32,000 bases of DNA from Cuniculiplasma divulgatum (GCF_900083515.1 NZ_LT671858.1:1530001-1562000), one strand, 5' to 3'. Positions 1 to 10,704 are shown, numbered from the stretch's first letter. Numbers and translations are program-made. The notes: generated by a model from the letters alone, not told the origin.

Positions 1-744
1 TATGGAGTTATTTCCATTGTGGTGGTCATTATTGTTGTGGTATCAGGTATTGCAATTTATTCAAATTTAACAAAAAATACTGCTCCTGTTCCGCTATCGA
101 AGTATGTAAAAATTTCAAACAATGACCTACTAAGTAATGGACAGAATCACATATATTTCATATCATGGTATGGGTGTCCCATAGGAGCTGATAATTCTTG
201 GGTTCTCTACAGTTTCCTTAATTCAACGAGAGATGTGGCACCGGATGTTGTCCTGCATAAATCAATATCTGGAACACCAGCCCTTTTATTCCTTAATGGA
301 ACACATAAGCTTGGTGAAAATATAAGCTTCAACTACGCAGGAGTGCCTTTTGGATTCACTTCGCTGTACATGTATAATGAAACCATGACTGGAGGTGTAT
401 ATAATAACGCGATATCCAGCAGTTCAAGGGTGAGTTATGCACTTAGCGTTCTTAAAGGAAATCTCCCGGAGAGCGTATATCAGGTTGCAGATAAATATGA
501 AACACAGGTCAGGATTCAGAATCAAACCGGATCATGGTCTTCATCGACAGGCCACCTTGTTACAATACTAATAGTGACTGGACCTGACGGCACATTCGTT
601 CACTTCTGGTTCATGTATCCATCATTTTCCAGTAAAGTATCACCACAAACAGTATTCAAAAATCTATCCACATACCCACAGATAAGCAACGCTGAGGGAC
701 AGTTCCTGAATGCACTTGGAGGATCCAATGTTGCATGTGCCTGA
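1..744 (+). CDS. membrane-anchored hypothetical protein, probably 5'-truncated by the window edge
   Basis: Frame 1 is open from nt 1. It shows an N-terminal hydrophobic helix (VVIIVVVSGIAIY), then a ~220-aa soluble domain, with the stop at 742-744. A DUF929/thioredoxin-fold-like guess (WYGCPIG) is from memory only. Confidence 0.5.
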   Translation, partial: YGVISIVVVIIVVVSGIAIYSNLTKNTAPVPLSKYVKISNNDLLSNGQNHIYFISWYGCPIGADNSWVLYSFLNSTRDVAPDVVLHKSISGTPALLFLNGTHKLGENISFNYAGVPFGFTSLYMYNETMTGGVYNNAISSSSRVSYALSVLKGNLPESVYQVADKYETQVRIQNQTGSWSSSTGHLVTILIVTGPDGTFVHFWFMYPSFSSKVSPQTVFKNLSTYPQISNAEGQFLNALGGSNVACA

Positions 745-833
745 ACTCCTCTAACTAATTTTTTCTAAGAAAAGTCCATTTCCTATTAGTCAGAAATTTT
801 TTTACAATGTTATGATTAAAATTGGTGTGGAAA

Positions 834-1772
834 TTATGGAATAATCTTCTTTTCCTTAACCTTCGCTTCATCTGATATCTTCAGTGATTTTGCCTCGACA
901 TAATCAATATTACACCCTGCTTCAATAATTATGTCATCGCCCTTAACATATTTCGAATTTGTTGATTCAAGAAAAGCCCTGTTACAGATTATTTCATCTA
1001 TTTTTGCCTCTCCGGAAAGGAATCTTTTCTTCTGCAATCTTATTTCAACGATGTCAGATTGAAGCTTTACAACATGGCTTGTAGAATTGTATATCTTCAT
1101 TTCAAATCGCCTTGAACTAATGGAATCCGCATTTATCCTTCCGGAGATGTATATCTCATCCCCGGTTACAGTTCGAACTTCAACTAATCCGGAAGATTTT
1201 AACATAGTGCATTCGATTGATTCTGCCTTTGTCTTTCCGGAATTTTCAATATTCTTTGCCCTTAGCAATTTAGAAATCTTTGCTGAACCAGAACTTTCAA
1301 ACTCATCACATATGACTGATTCTGCACTGATTGAACCTGAAGACTCAAGTTCACATGCTTCCATATTACCTGCAATTTGAAGAGATCCAGAGGATTCAAT
1401 TTTATTTCCCCTTACGTTTCCTCCTATATGCATAGAACCAGAGGAATGAATTGTATCTGATGAAATAACATCCTTTTCCACCCTGCAGCTTCCTGAAACA
1501 TGAAAGAAGATCGAATCAATGCTACCATCAACGGTAAGAGAACCTGAAACTGAGGTCTCTTCTGCATACACCGATTGTATCATACCTGAACCAGATATCC
1601 TGATCTTTTTTGATCTCTCTGTCTTTGATTCTTCCTGTGCTTTTTCATCACGTCTTTCCTCCTTTTCAGATCCATTTTCCTCCCATCTTGACATGATCTC
1701 ATTAAACATGTCTTCACTCATCTTTCCGCCTGCAACCATTTCCCGAAGTTTTTTCTTTCTGTCTTCGTCCAT
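834..1772 (-). CDS. beta-helix repeat protein (bactofilin / polymer-forming cytoskeletal or DUF4097-like) with a charged N-terminal SHOCT-like segment
   Basis: 312-aa ORF with about ten degenerate repeats of the type xESSGSxxI(x)G. The N-terminus is Lys/Glu-rich and contains GGKMSEDMFNEIM. The antisense ORFs 1087-1380 and 1519-1845 are shadows of the repeat. Confidence 0.5.
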   Translation of the reverse strand: MDEDRKKKLREMVAGGKMSEDMFNEIMSRWEENGSEKEERRDEKAQEESKTERSKKIRISGSGMIQSVYAEETSVSGSLTVDGSIDSIFFHVSGSCRVEKDVISSDTIHSSGSMHIGGNVRGNKIESSGSLQIAGNMEACELESSGSISAESVICDEFESSGSAKISKLLRAKNIENSGKTKAESIECTMLKSSGLVEVRTVTGDEIYISGRINADSISSRRFEMKIYNSTSHVVKLQSDIVEIRLQKKRFLSGEAKIDEIICNRAFLESTNSKYVKGDDIIIEAGCNIDYVEAKSLKISDEAKVKEKKIIP

Positions 1773-1918
1773 ATACCATCAACATCACATTAAGTGGCAA
1801 TATATTAATATATTTAGAACTAATAATTTAAATCACTTAATTTAATTATTAAATACTTTAACTTTTGAATTGATATTAGCAACCTAAAAGTTTATGAATA
1901 CTTGCAACATGATCTTTC

Positions 1919-2329
1919 ATGATCTCTGATATAAACATTCTTACCTCAGGTTCTAAGGTTTCTATAATAGAAATGCTGAGAACACCAAAAACTCCTGATG
2001 ATATTGCAGGAATACTGAATATAACAAGACAGGGAGTTGACAAGCAGTTGAAGGAACTGATGAGATATGGAATTGTCGATAGAAAGTGGTTCATTGGATA
2101 CAGCAGACCAAAAATAGAATATTTTCTAACGGAACTTGGTTCTGAATTCTATTCCAGCCTCAGAGAGATTGAAAAAAAGTTTAAGGAGTCTGGAAAAGCC
2201 ATGCTGAATGAAAAGCTGAAAAATCTTGATATTGATCTCATGGATGGGAAATTGTCTGTGGAGAAATACACAGAGGAGAAGATGATCCTGGAAGATTCCA
2301 TGGAATGGTTTTTTAGCACCGAGGAATGA
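1919..2329 (+). CDS. ArsR/TrmB-type winged-helix transcriptional regulator with a coiled C-terminal extension
   Basis: HTH signature IIEMLRTPKTPDDIAGILNITRQGVDKQLKELMRYGIVDRK. It is divergent from the beta-helix repeat gene. Confidence 0.6.
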   Translation: MISDINILTSGSKVSIIEMLRTPKTPDDIAGILNITRQGVDKQLKELMRYGIVDRKWFIGYSRPKIEYFLTELGSEFYSSLREIEKKFKESGKAMLNEKLKNLDIDLMDGKLSVEKYTEEKMILEDSMEWFFSTEE

Positions 2330-2373
2330 ATCTGTTTATTAGATCAAACTTTATGAGTAAATTAGAACATATT

Positions 2374-2943
2374 TCACAACTGATCGTACCTGAAACAATC
2401 AATCAGGTGATCATTGATCATACCAGTTCCCTGCATAAAAGCGTAACATATTGTTGATCCAACAAACCTAAAGCCCCTCTTTTTTAAATCCCTGCTCATA
2501 CTGTCTGATTCGGTGCTTGTTGCAGGTATCTCCTTATCTTTTTTCCATCCATTTTTTATGGTCTTTCCATCCACAAATGACCAGATATAATGATCAAATG
2601 ACCCATATTCCTCAACCACTTTCAGAAAAGAAGAGGCATTGGTAATGGCAGAATTTATTTTAAGCCGGTTTCTGATAATACCACTGTTATTCATAAGTTC
2701 ATCAATTTTTTCCTGATCGTATGTGGCAATCTTTTCCGCAGAAAAATTATCAAATGCCTTCCTGTAGTTTTCCCTCTTCTTCAGGACAGTGATCCAGCTG
2801 AGGCCTGCCTGAAATCCATCAAGGGTCAGTGCCTCAAAAAGTGTCCTATCATCGTGCACTGGGACACCCCACTCCCTATCATGATACTGCTGATATACCG
2901 GATCCTCAATGCCCTTCCAGTGGCATCTTTTTAATTCGTCCAT
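2374..2943 (-). CDS. tag: DNA-3-methyladenine glycosylase I
   Basis: RCHW...YHDREWGVPVHDDRTLFEALTLDGFQAGLSWITVLKKRENYRKAF is the Tag family signature. The 189-aa length is typical. Confidence 0.9.
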   Translation of the reverse strand: MDELKRCHWKGIEDPVYQQYHDREWGVPVHDDRTLFEALTLDGFQAGLSWITVLKKRENYRKAFDNFSAEKIATYDQEKIDELMNNSGIIRNRLKINSAITNASSFLKVVEEYGSFDHYIWSFVDGKTIKNGWKKDKEIPATSTESDSMSRDLKKRGFRFVGSTICYAFMQGTGMINDHLIDCFRYDQL

Positions 2944-2997
2944 TTAGAAAAGATCGTAATACGGTTATTTATTCTATCCATTCATGTGCTGTGAATG

Positions 2998-3402
2998 TTA
3001 AAGACTAGTTGTTTTACTGAGATCATCAATAATCTTCTGAATCTTTGAGTCAAAGGATTTTCCATTTTCTGATAACTCCTCCATGTTATGCGTTTTCAGT
3101 ATTGATTCAAGTCTTCTGTAAAGAACATGAGTACCGTCTTTCTCATAAACAAGTATTCTAGCAGGTAAATCAATGGCAAGCTCTGGGTTTGACATTATCA
3201 TACCGGTTCCACCCTTTGGATTTCCAAAGATGATTACCCTTGCTGGAAAAAGTTCAAGATCGACTTCCTTTGCAGCAATGCTGTGATCAATTTCACTGAA
3301 TATTTTAAAACCAGAATTTTCCAGTCCATTCTTCAGTACCTTAACGGATTCGTTGAAGTTCAATTTTAAAATTTTCCTTATAAAAGATTCTTCGCTTAAC
3401 AT
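2998..3402 (-). CDS. DUF302 domain protein
   Basis: 134 aa, with a FGNPKGGTGMIMSNPELAIDLPARILVYE pattern typical of DUF302. Confidence 0.65.
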   Translation of the reverse strand: MLSEESFIRKILKLNFNESVKVLKNGLENSGFKIFSEIDHSIAAKEVDLELFPARVIIFGNPKGGTGMIMSNPELAIDLPARILVYEKDGTHVLYRRLESILKTHNMEELSENGKSFDSKIQKIIDDLSKTTSL

Positions 3403-3482
3403 ATTTTATAATTCCTTCATGGTATATATATGTGATCTCATTGGAATGATAATTTATTTACACAATCACCCTATTTGTGTGT

Positions 3483-5864
3483 ATGAGAATAGAGCATTAT
3501 GATATTGATCTGGACTATGATGAGAAAACGAAGGAATATACAGGCAAGGAAAGGATTATGCTCAGTGGAAATGAGAAAGATTTTGTTATAAATACGCTGA
3601 ATCATGAAATAAAGGAGATAAAGCTGAACGGTGTTAATGTTGAACTGGAAAATGGAAAAAAGGATGAGGAAAAGATCATAAAGGGAGAATTGAGGAATAA
3701 CAGTGAACTGTTCATTGAATTTAAAGCAAAGGTGCCCGAGGCACTAACTGGTCTTTACCTTGCAAAAACACCCGATGGCTCTGAAATGGTATCAACCCAG
3801 TTTGAGGCTATTGGTGCACGAAGAGCATTTCCCTGCTTTGATGAGCCACTGCTGAAGGCAACCTTTTCAATAAAACTTACCATTGCCAGTCATCTTGACG
3901 CAATTAGCAATATGCCAGTTGCTTCAACTACGGAAAAGAATGGAAGAAAAACGGTAGAATTCCAAAGGACGCCAAGAATGCCAACCTATCTTCTCTATCT
4001 AGGCATAGGGGAATTCAAAACCATGCACAGGAAGCATGGAAATGTTGATCTTTACCTTACGGGATTGAAAGGGCACATGGAAACAACAAAATATCCACTT
4101 GATGTTGCAGAACACTGTATAGATTTTTTCAATGAGTACACAGGTATCCCATACATGCTTCCAAAAATGCACCTCATATCTGTACCAGAATTTGCAGCGG
4201 GAGCAATGGAAAACTGGGGTGCAATCACATTCAGAGAATCAGCCTTACTGCATAATGAAAGCTCTGGAAATGCTTCGAAAAAGAGGATTGCATCTGTCAT
4301 TGCCCATGAGATCGCACACCAGTGGTTCGGTGATCTTGTGACCATGAAATACTGGAACGATCTATGGCTTAATGAGAGCTTTGCAACATTTATGGCAAAT
4401 AAGGCCATAGATGCCATATATCCTGAATGGAACATAACAGGTGATATGCTTGTTTCAGACGGGAGGGGAGCATTCCTTGTAGATTCACTGGAAAGCAGCA
4501 ATCCTGTTTCACCTAAGGAAAGGGATATGGACAAAATGGGTGAAAGATCAACGGAAATAACCTATGGAAAGGGTGGAATGATCCTGAGGATGATTGAAAG
4601 CTATGTGGGTGAGGATGCATTTAAAAATGGCCTTCATAACTATCTTGTAAAATATTCATATTCCAACGCTGAGGCTGCAGATCTATGGAAGAGCATATCT
4701 GAGAATTCCGAAAAGGATGTTAGTGGAATAATGGATGCCTGGATCACAAGAGATGGCTATCCACTTATAACCGTAAATAATGGAAATAAAGTGGAGATAA
4801 CGCAGGAAAGATTCCTTCTCAACGGTAAAACAGACGATAGAATATGGCCTGTCCCTCTGACTGTGAAGAGAAAGGATGGGATTGAAAGCATGCTCTTCGG
4901 CAGCAAGGAAAAGGAGATCAGTGTTGGTCAGTTCCTGAAGCTGAACGCAGATGAAACGGGCTTTTACAGGGTAAAATATTCAGATGATTTCTACAGCAAA
5001 TTTGATCCGGCATCAGATGATTTTACTGAATTTGACCTGATCGGCATTATAAGTGATCTTTATGCACTTGTAATATCCGGAAGGATGGATCTGAAAAGAT
5101 ATACTGATATTATAGGAAAATTCAAACAGAATGGCAAATACAACCTTTACATCCAGATATCCAATGAACTTGCAGAACTTTATCACATTTTGTACAGGAA
5201 TGAAGATGTTAAGAAAACATTCATGGATTTTCATGAGAAACAGAAAAAATTGCTTGAGAAGGACAGAAATGATGATATAAACAGGTCAATTTTACATGGT
5301 CTTGTTTTGAGAAGACTGGCAGAGGTTGATGAGGATGTATGTGGTGAACTTGCGGCAAAGTACAATCATATGGAAAAGGAAGATCCGGACATGAGAAGTG
5401 CAATTGCATATGCGTTTGTTAAGAAGCATGATGATCCTGAAGCTACCATTAAAAAATACGAATCGCTAAAAAATGACAATGATCGTGTTGCGGTGCTCGT
5501 TTCCATGGGAAATTTGAAAGGAAAAGAAGCAATGGAAATGATCTTCAATCTTGCAAAGGATGGCAGGATAAAAAAACAGGATGAATCAAGGTATTACACA
5601 TCCTTTGGACTTTCCATTGACAATAAGGATCTGGCATTTGAAAACATTGAGAGAATTGTTGCAAGGCTCAATGAAATATCCTCAGGCGGGAGAAATGTTT
5701 CAAATCTTATGTCTTCTGTACTCCCGTTCCTGGGAGAAGGAAGGACTGATGAAACAAAGAAACTCATGGATAAAATCAGAAACGACAAGAACAAACTTGG
5801 AATTGCAAAGGGACTGGAGAAACTTGAAATTTTTGAGAAACTGAGAGAGAAGTATAATAATTAA
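3483..5864 (+). CDS. M1-family zinc aminopeptidase (tricorn protease-interacting factor F2/F3-like)
   Basis: GAMENWG exopeptidase motif and HEIAHQWFGDLVT(x18)WLNESFA zinc site. About 790 aa. The ATG at 3483 is preferred over the GTG at 3477. Confidence 0.9.
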   Translation: MRIEHYDIDLDYDEKTKEYTGKERIMLSGNEKDFVINTLNHEIKEIKLNGVNVELENGKKDEEKIIKGELRNNSELFIEFKAKVPEALTGLYLAKTPDGSEMVSTQFEAIGARRAFPCFDEPLLKATFSIKLTIASHLDAISNMPVASTTEKNGRKTVEFQRTPRMPTYLLYLGIGEFKTMHRKHGNVDLYLTGLKGHMETTKYPLDVAEHCIDFFNEYTGIPYMLPKMHLISVPEFAAGAMENWGAITFRESALLHNESSGNASKKRIASVIAHEIAHQWFGDLVTMKYWNDLWLNESFATFMANKAIDAIYPEWNITGDMLVSDGRGAFLVDSLESSNPVSPKERDMDKMGERSTEITYGKGGMILRMIESYVGEDAFKNGLHNYLVKYSYSNAEAADLWKSISENSEKDVSGIMDAWITRDGYPLITVNNGNKVEITQERFLLNGKTDDRIWPVPLTVKRKDGIESMLFGSKEKEISVGQFLKLNADETGFYRVKYSDDFYSKFDPASDDFTEFDLIGIISDLYALVISGRMDLKRYTDIIGKFKQNGKYNLYIQISNELAELYHILYRNEDVKKTFMDFHEKQKKLLEKDRNDDINRSILHGLVLRRLAEVDEDVCGELAAKYNHMEKEDPDMRSAIAYAFVKKHDDPEATIKKYESLKNDNDRVAVLVSMGNLKGKEAMEMIFNLAKDGRIKKQDESRYYTSFGLSIDNKDLAFENIERIVARLNEISSGGRNVSNLMSSVLPFLGEGRTDETKKLMDKIRNDKNKLGIAKGLEKLEIFEKLREKYNN

Positions 5865-5968
5865 ATTAAATTTTTTTCCAGAACCATAATTTAATTTTTT
5901 AATCACAGGATCAAAACTGTTCTACCTGCGAAGCATAAGAATTTATTGCAGTTATTAATCGTAGTTCA

Positions 5969-7969
5969 ATGTCAGAAATGCAGTTTTCTGTTAGGAAGGG
6001 CGAGCAGATGGGTAAACCATTTGCCGGAAAGAGGGATATTATTGCAGTCAGGGTAGGTGAAAATCTTCATGATTTAATGGAAATTGCAGAAACTGACACT
6101 GATGTTTTACCAGTTACGCTGAATGATGAATACGGCCTGCATATACTGAGACATTCCGCCGCACACCTGCTTGCCCAGGCTGTAATGGAAATGTATCCAG
6201 ATGCCAAACTAAATGCAGGACCTGTTGTGGAAAATGGTTTTTACTACGACATAAAAATGGACCCACCTGATCAGGATAACCTTGATATGATAGAAAAGAA
6301 GATGAGGGAACTTGCATCTAAAAAGATACCCATTGTTCGTGAGGTACATAGGAAAAAGGATCTTAGGGAAATGTTCAGGGATAACAGGTTCAAGCTTGAT
6401 AAGATAAACGATTATGTTGGAGAAGAATCAACCGTATACAGACAGGGTGAATTTGTTGATTTCTGTACAGGCCCTCATGTGCCTGACACATCCTATATCA
6501 GGCATTTCAAGCTTCTCAATGTTGCATCTTCCAATTACAAGGGAGATATCAAGGAGGAGAGGCTCACAAGAATTTATGGAACAGCGTTCCCTGATGAGAA
6601 GTCACTGAAACAGTACCTGAAGAACAGGGAAGAGGCTGCACAGAGGGATCACAGGAAGATTGGATCTGAAATGGATCTGTTTGTTTTCAACTCTGAAAGG
6701 GCACCTGGTCTACCAATGTATACAGCAAAGGGTTCCGTCATAAGGAATGAACTCATAAATTTTATGAGGGAACTGAATGGCAAATTTGGATGGGAAGAGG
6801 TTACAACACCCCACTTGTTCAAGGATAACATGTGGAAGACATCTGGCCACTATTACAAGTACAAGGACGACATGTTTCTTTTCACACTGCCAGATGGTGA
6901 TTCATATGCGTTGAAACCCATGAATTGCCCAGGACATATAACCATATATGAAAACACAAGCCATAGCTACAGAGACATGCCAGTAAAGTTCAGTGAATTC
7001 GGAACAGTTTACAGATATGAGAAATCTGGAGAGGTGGGTGGATTAACAAGACCAAGAACATTCACTGTAGACGATGGACATGAATTCATGAGACCAGATC
7101 AGATTGAAGATGAAATAAAAAGTGTTCTTGATATGATGAAAATCACATTTAAAACATATTTTGATGAGATTGAGGTAAGATATGATCTTTCAGTTGCAGA
7201 TAAATCCAAGCCTGAGAATTATCTGATCAATTATAAATGCAGGAAATGTGGTCACCTGAATGAACCAAGAAGAATGTCCGCGGAGACAAATGAACAGAAA
7301 TGTGAAGAGTGTGGTTCTAAAGATCTCGAACCAGATTTCTCCCTCTGGGATAATGCCACAGAGCAGTTAAGAAATGCACTCGTATCATCTGGAATTGAAT
7401 TTAAGGAGTATCCAGGAGAGGCTGCTTTCTATGGTCCAAAGATAGATGTGCATATAAAGGATGCGCTTGGCAGATCCTGGCAGCTTACAACAATTCAGAT
7501 AGATTTCTTCATGCCCATAGCCTTTGGCCTTTACTTCATGAACCAGGAGAGCAAAAAAGAAACACCGGTTATGCTTCACAGGGCCATATACGGTTCAATA
7601 GAGAGATTTCTGGTGATCCTGCTTGAAAACTCCTATGGTAAATTGCCCACATGGCTTTCACCTATCCAGTGCTATATCATACCCCTCAGTGATCAGCAGA
7701 AAGAATATGCAGTTCAAGTAAATAAAAAACTGAAGGAATCTGGAATAAGAACATATCTTGATGAATCTTCTGAAAGCGTGTCAAAGAAGATCAAACTTGG
7801 AAGAAGATTCAGGCCATCCTATTTTCTAATACTGGGAGAGAGGGAAAAGGAAAACAGTGAAGTTTCGGTGAGGAACAGGAATGACAGGATTCAGAACCTG
7901 AAGATGGAAGAGTTCACGAAAAAGATCACTGAGGAGATCAGGGATAGATTCAGGGATCAAACGCTCTGA
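5969..7969 (+). CDS. thrS: threonine--tRNA ligase (bacterial-type editing domain) with a zinc-ribbon insertion
   Basis: Editing-domain HSAAHLLAQAV. Catalytic zinc ligand contexts PMNCPGH, VDDGHEF and MLHRAIYGSIERF. Class II motif 3 region GEAAFYGPKID. C-terminal anticodon-binding domain. Confidence 0.93.
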   Translation: MSEMQFSVRKGEQMGKPFAGKRDIIAVRVGENLHDLMEIAETDTDVLPVTLNDEYGLHILRHSAAHLLAQAVMEMYPDAKLNAGPVVENGFYYDIKMDPPDQDNLDMIEKKMRELASKKIPIVREVHRKKDLREMFRDNRFKLDKINDYVGEESTVYRQGEFVDFCTGPHVPDTSYIRHFKLLNVASSNYKGDIKEERLTRIYGTAFPDEKSLKQYLKNREEAAQRDHRKIGSEMDLFVFNSERAPGLPMYTAKGSVIRNELINFMRELNGKFGWEEVTTPHLFKDNMWKTSGHYYKYKDDMFLFTLPDGDSYALKPMNCPGHITIYENTSHSYRDMPVKFSEFGTVYRYEKSGEVGGLTRPRTFTVDDGHEFMRPDQIEDEIKSVLDMMKITFKTYFDEIEVRYDLSVADKSKPENYLINYKCRKCGHLNEPRRMSAETNEQKCEECGSKDLEPDFSLWDNATEQLRNALVSSGIEFKEYPGEAAFYGPKIDVHIKDALGRSWQLTTIQIDFFMPIAFGLYFMNQESKKETPVMLHRAIYGSIERFLVILLENSYGKLPTWLSPIQCYIIPLSDQQKEYAVQVNKKLKESGIRTYLDESSESVSKKIKLGRRFRPSYFLILGEREKENSEVSVRNRNDRIQNLKMEEFTKKITEEIRDRFRDQTL

Positions 7970-8022
7970 TCTCATTTTGTTCCTAACCCTGTAGAAAAGT
8001 TCAAAGAAGTAAGTTTTAGTGC

Positions 8023-8238
8023 TTAAATGCACCTGACTTCTATTAGTTTATTTCTTCTTGTTGCTCCCCTCAATATGCTGACACAGTTGACTTCCACATG
8101 ATAATATTCTGAGATCTGCTTCATTATGTCATAGTTTGCCATGTTGTTTTTCATTGGCTTTTCTGTAAATACAACCACGTTTTCACCATTAACTTGTATT
8201 TTGCCATTGCCTGTGTGAACTTTGACCTTAAGGATCAT
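8023..8238 (-). CDS. DUF167 (YggU-like) family protein
   Basis: 71 aa. The KPMKNNMANYDIMKQISEYY...VSILRGATRRNKLIEV pattern matches the ApP-x-GkAN...G-x-SR-x-K layout of UPF0235/DUF167. Confidence 0.6.
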   Translation of the reverse strand: MILKVKVHTGNGKIQVNGENVVVFTEKPMKNNMANYDIMKQISEYYHVEVNCVSILRGATRRNKLIEVRCI

Positions 8239-8456
8239 GAATTAGTATGAAAATTGAGGATTAAAAACAATTAGTATTTTCATGAATATAATAAGCTCAG
8301 TTTCCAATCCTCTTTAATCTCTATTTGAAATAGTATTTAAACAGCTGACTTTCTATTAATTTAATTGCTTTTAAGTTTGAATTGTAGAATTTTTTACACC
8401 TACCGAATTAAAACATGTTATTCAATTCTAAGAAATAAGGAAATCATAAATGAAAA

Positions 8457-10118
8457 TTATTTCCTCCTCCATATTACTACTGCAGCCACTGCAACTATGA
8501 CTGCTGCTGAGGCTGCACCTATGATTATGTATAGATCTGTGTTTGAAGTTACCTTTGAGAATGTTATGTTTTCTGTTACATTCTTTCCATTTACTGACAT
8601 TGTTCCTGTAGAGTTTGATGTTTCGTATCCTGATGTGTTTCCGATTGTGTATGAATATGATCCGTTTGTTATCGTAAAGGAGTAGGATGATCCTGTGATC
8701 GGCCCAGATTTTACCCCATTAGATAAATTAACATACCACATTGATCCAGATTGTAATCCTGATTCCTTGAATGTTACTGAGTATGTTTGTAATTTGAATG
8801 AAAAGTCTATCTGTTTAGCTGATCCTTTTACTGATACATATCCAGATATGTTCATGTAATCTGTTGATGTTGCATGATAGAAATATGTGCCATTGAACTC
8901 ATGGAATGTGTATGATGTGTTTGTTAATGTATATTTTACATTATTGAATGTTAATATCCATCTTGATCCCAATGGAAGATTTGATTCCGTAAATGTTACA
9001 GGATATTCTACTATTTTTTTTGTTGTTATTATACTAACAGTTCCAGATAAAGCATTTGTTACATATACATATCCATTGCTGGAATCAAAAGTTACTCCAA
9101 GTGGCGTTTCCCCAACGTCTATGGTACTTATTACCTCATTGTTTGAAACATCTATCACTGAAATGCTGTTAGATAAAGAATTTGTTACGTATACATACCC
9201 ATTAATTGAATCAAATGAGGCCCAGTATGGTTCCATTCCCACTAGTATTGTATCTATCACCGTATTGGTTGCACCATTGATTACCGATATAGTGTTAGAG
9301 GCTTCATTTGTAACATATAAATATCCATTTCCAGAATCGAAGGCTACTCCAATTGGTGATGTGCCAACTGTTATACTACAGATCACCTTATTGGTTGAAC
9401 CATCTATTACTGATACGCTGTTAGAACAATCGTTTACAACGTACAAATTACCGTTATCAGGGTCGAACGAGATCCCATAGGGAGATGATCCTACTGATAT
9501 ATTATCAACCACCCTATTGGTTGCACTGTTGATTACAGCTACATTATTAGAACCCTTATCTGTAATATACACCTGATCATTGGCGGAGTCGAAGGTGACC
9601 CCGTATGGTTGAAATTGTACAGATATTGTGCTTGTAACGGAATCTGTTTTACCATCAATTACTGATACGCTGTCCGAAAATTGATTTGTTACATACAAAT
9701 TTCCATTACTGTTATCGAAAGCTACTCCAACTGGATTTAAGCCAACCTGTATTGAGCATTTTACTTTGTCATTGGTAGCATTGATTACTGATACAGTGCT
9801 AATATTATAATCAGCTACATACAGATTTCCATTACTTGAGTCGAAGCTTGTTCCAACTGGAATAAGGTTGCTTTTGGCATTGATAAAATTACCATTCACA
9901 ATTTTGTTGCTTGATAATAGTAATGTATACTGCACACAGCCTGCAATGGAAAGACTCCCATTATCAGAGGCAAAGGGGTTTATATGGGATTCATATGGAA
10001 TATTTACACGCGCACCATTATCAGCACTCATCACAAAGGTTGCAAGAAATGCACAGATTAACGTAATGGTTAATATTTCAAGAATAAGCCTTTTTCTTAA
10101 ACTTGATAATTTTGCCAT
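8457..10118 (-). CDS. cell-surface YVTN-family beta-propeller repeat protein with a C-terminal TM anchor
   Basis: N-terminal signal/TM segment. About eight repeats of NGNLYVTN..SNSVSVID..TN.V. Two YxVTFxESGLxxGSxW modules. C-terminal helix IIIGAASAAVIVAVAAVVIW followed by RRK. Confidence 0.8.
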   Translation of the reverse strand: MAKLSSLRKRLILEILTITLICAFLATFVMSADNGARVNIPYESHINPFASDNGSLSIAGCVQYTLLLSSNKIVNGNFINAKSNLIPVGTSFDSSNGNLYVADYNISTVSVINATNDKVKCSIQVGLNPVGVAFDNSNGNLYVTNQFSDSVSVIDGKTDSVTSTISVQFQPYGVTFDSANDQVYITDKGSNNVAVINSATNRVVDNISVGSSPYGISFDPDNGNLYVVNDCSNSVSVIDGSTNKVICSITVGTSPIGVAFDSGNGYLYVTNEASNTISVINGATNTVIDTILVGMEPYWASFDSINGYVYVTNSLSNSISVIDVSNNEVISTIDVGETPLGVTFDSSNGYVYVTNALSGTVSIITTKKIVEYPVTFTESNLPLGSRWILTFNNVKYTLTNTSYTFHEFNGTYFYHATSTDYMNISGYVSVKGSAKQIDFSFKLQTYSVTFKESGLQSGSMWYVNLSNGVKSGPITGSSYSFTITNGSYSYTIGNTSGYETSNSTGTMSVNGKNVTENITFSKVTSNTDLYIIIGAASAAVIVAVAAVVIWRRK

Positions 10119-10203
10119 TCATTGTAATTTATAATACTGTATAAAAGTCTTTCTATGTGATTTTTAAATAATAATAGTAGACAATAAATCTTGTCAATAA
10201 AAT

Positions 10204-10557
10204 TTAATGAGTTTGAATTCTATCAATGCCCATTCCCCTCTTCAATGCCCGCCCAGAGATGTTCCAAGCCTGTTTCCATAATGATTTCATGATGTCAGTG
10301 AAATTGTATGTTTCAATATACTGAATCAAGCCAATGGATCTAGTTTCAAATCTCAATGTAAGTCTGGAACTCTTCTCTGTACATGGCATCACTGCCTCTA
10401 TGATGCCATGTTCATTGCATGACACCTTGATGGAGAGATGCATGAATAAATGTAATGAACTCAACGCTATCAAAACCATCCATACTCTCTCCCTTAAGTG
10501 ATCATAAACCGTGCATTGTTTCCTGCATATTGGGCAAAGAAGCTTTGAAACCTTCAC
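10204..10557 (-). pseudogene. N-terminal fragment of an ISL3-family transposase
   Basis: LCPICRKQCTVYDHLRERVW...SIKVSCNEHGIIEAVMPCTEKSSRLTLRFE...SLWKQAWNISGRALKRG matches the ISL3 zinc-finger/N-terminal layout (CPxCG..hD...R.W..L...pRv.C..HGv..v.vPWa....rfT..FE). The DDE domain that should follow is absent. Confidence 0.55.
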
Positions 10558-10704
10558 ATCTGTTTGTATGTCTAAACGGTCTTTTTTACAAAATTGCGGG
10601 AAACCTTCTCAACCTTCCAGTGTGAATTAAGTTATAGCAACGTTAAACAGAGCTGGAATTAGTCTATTGAAAAATATATCAAGACATTAGATAGAATTAC
10701 CTGT

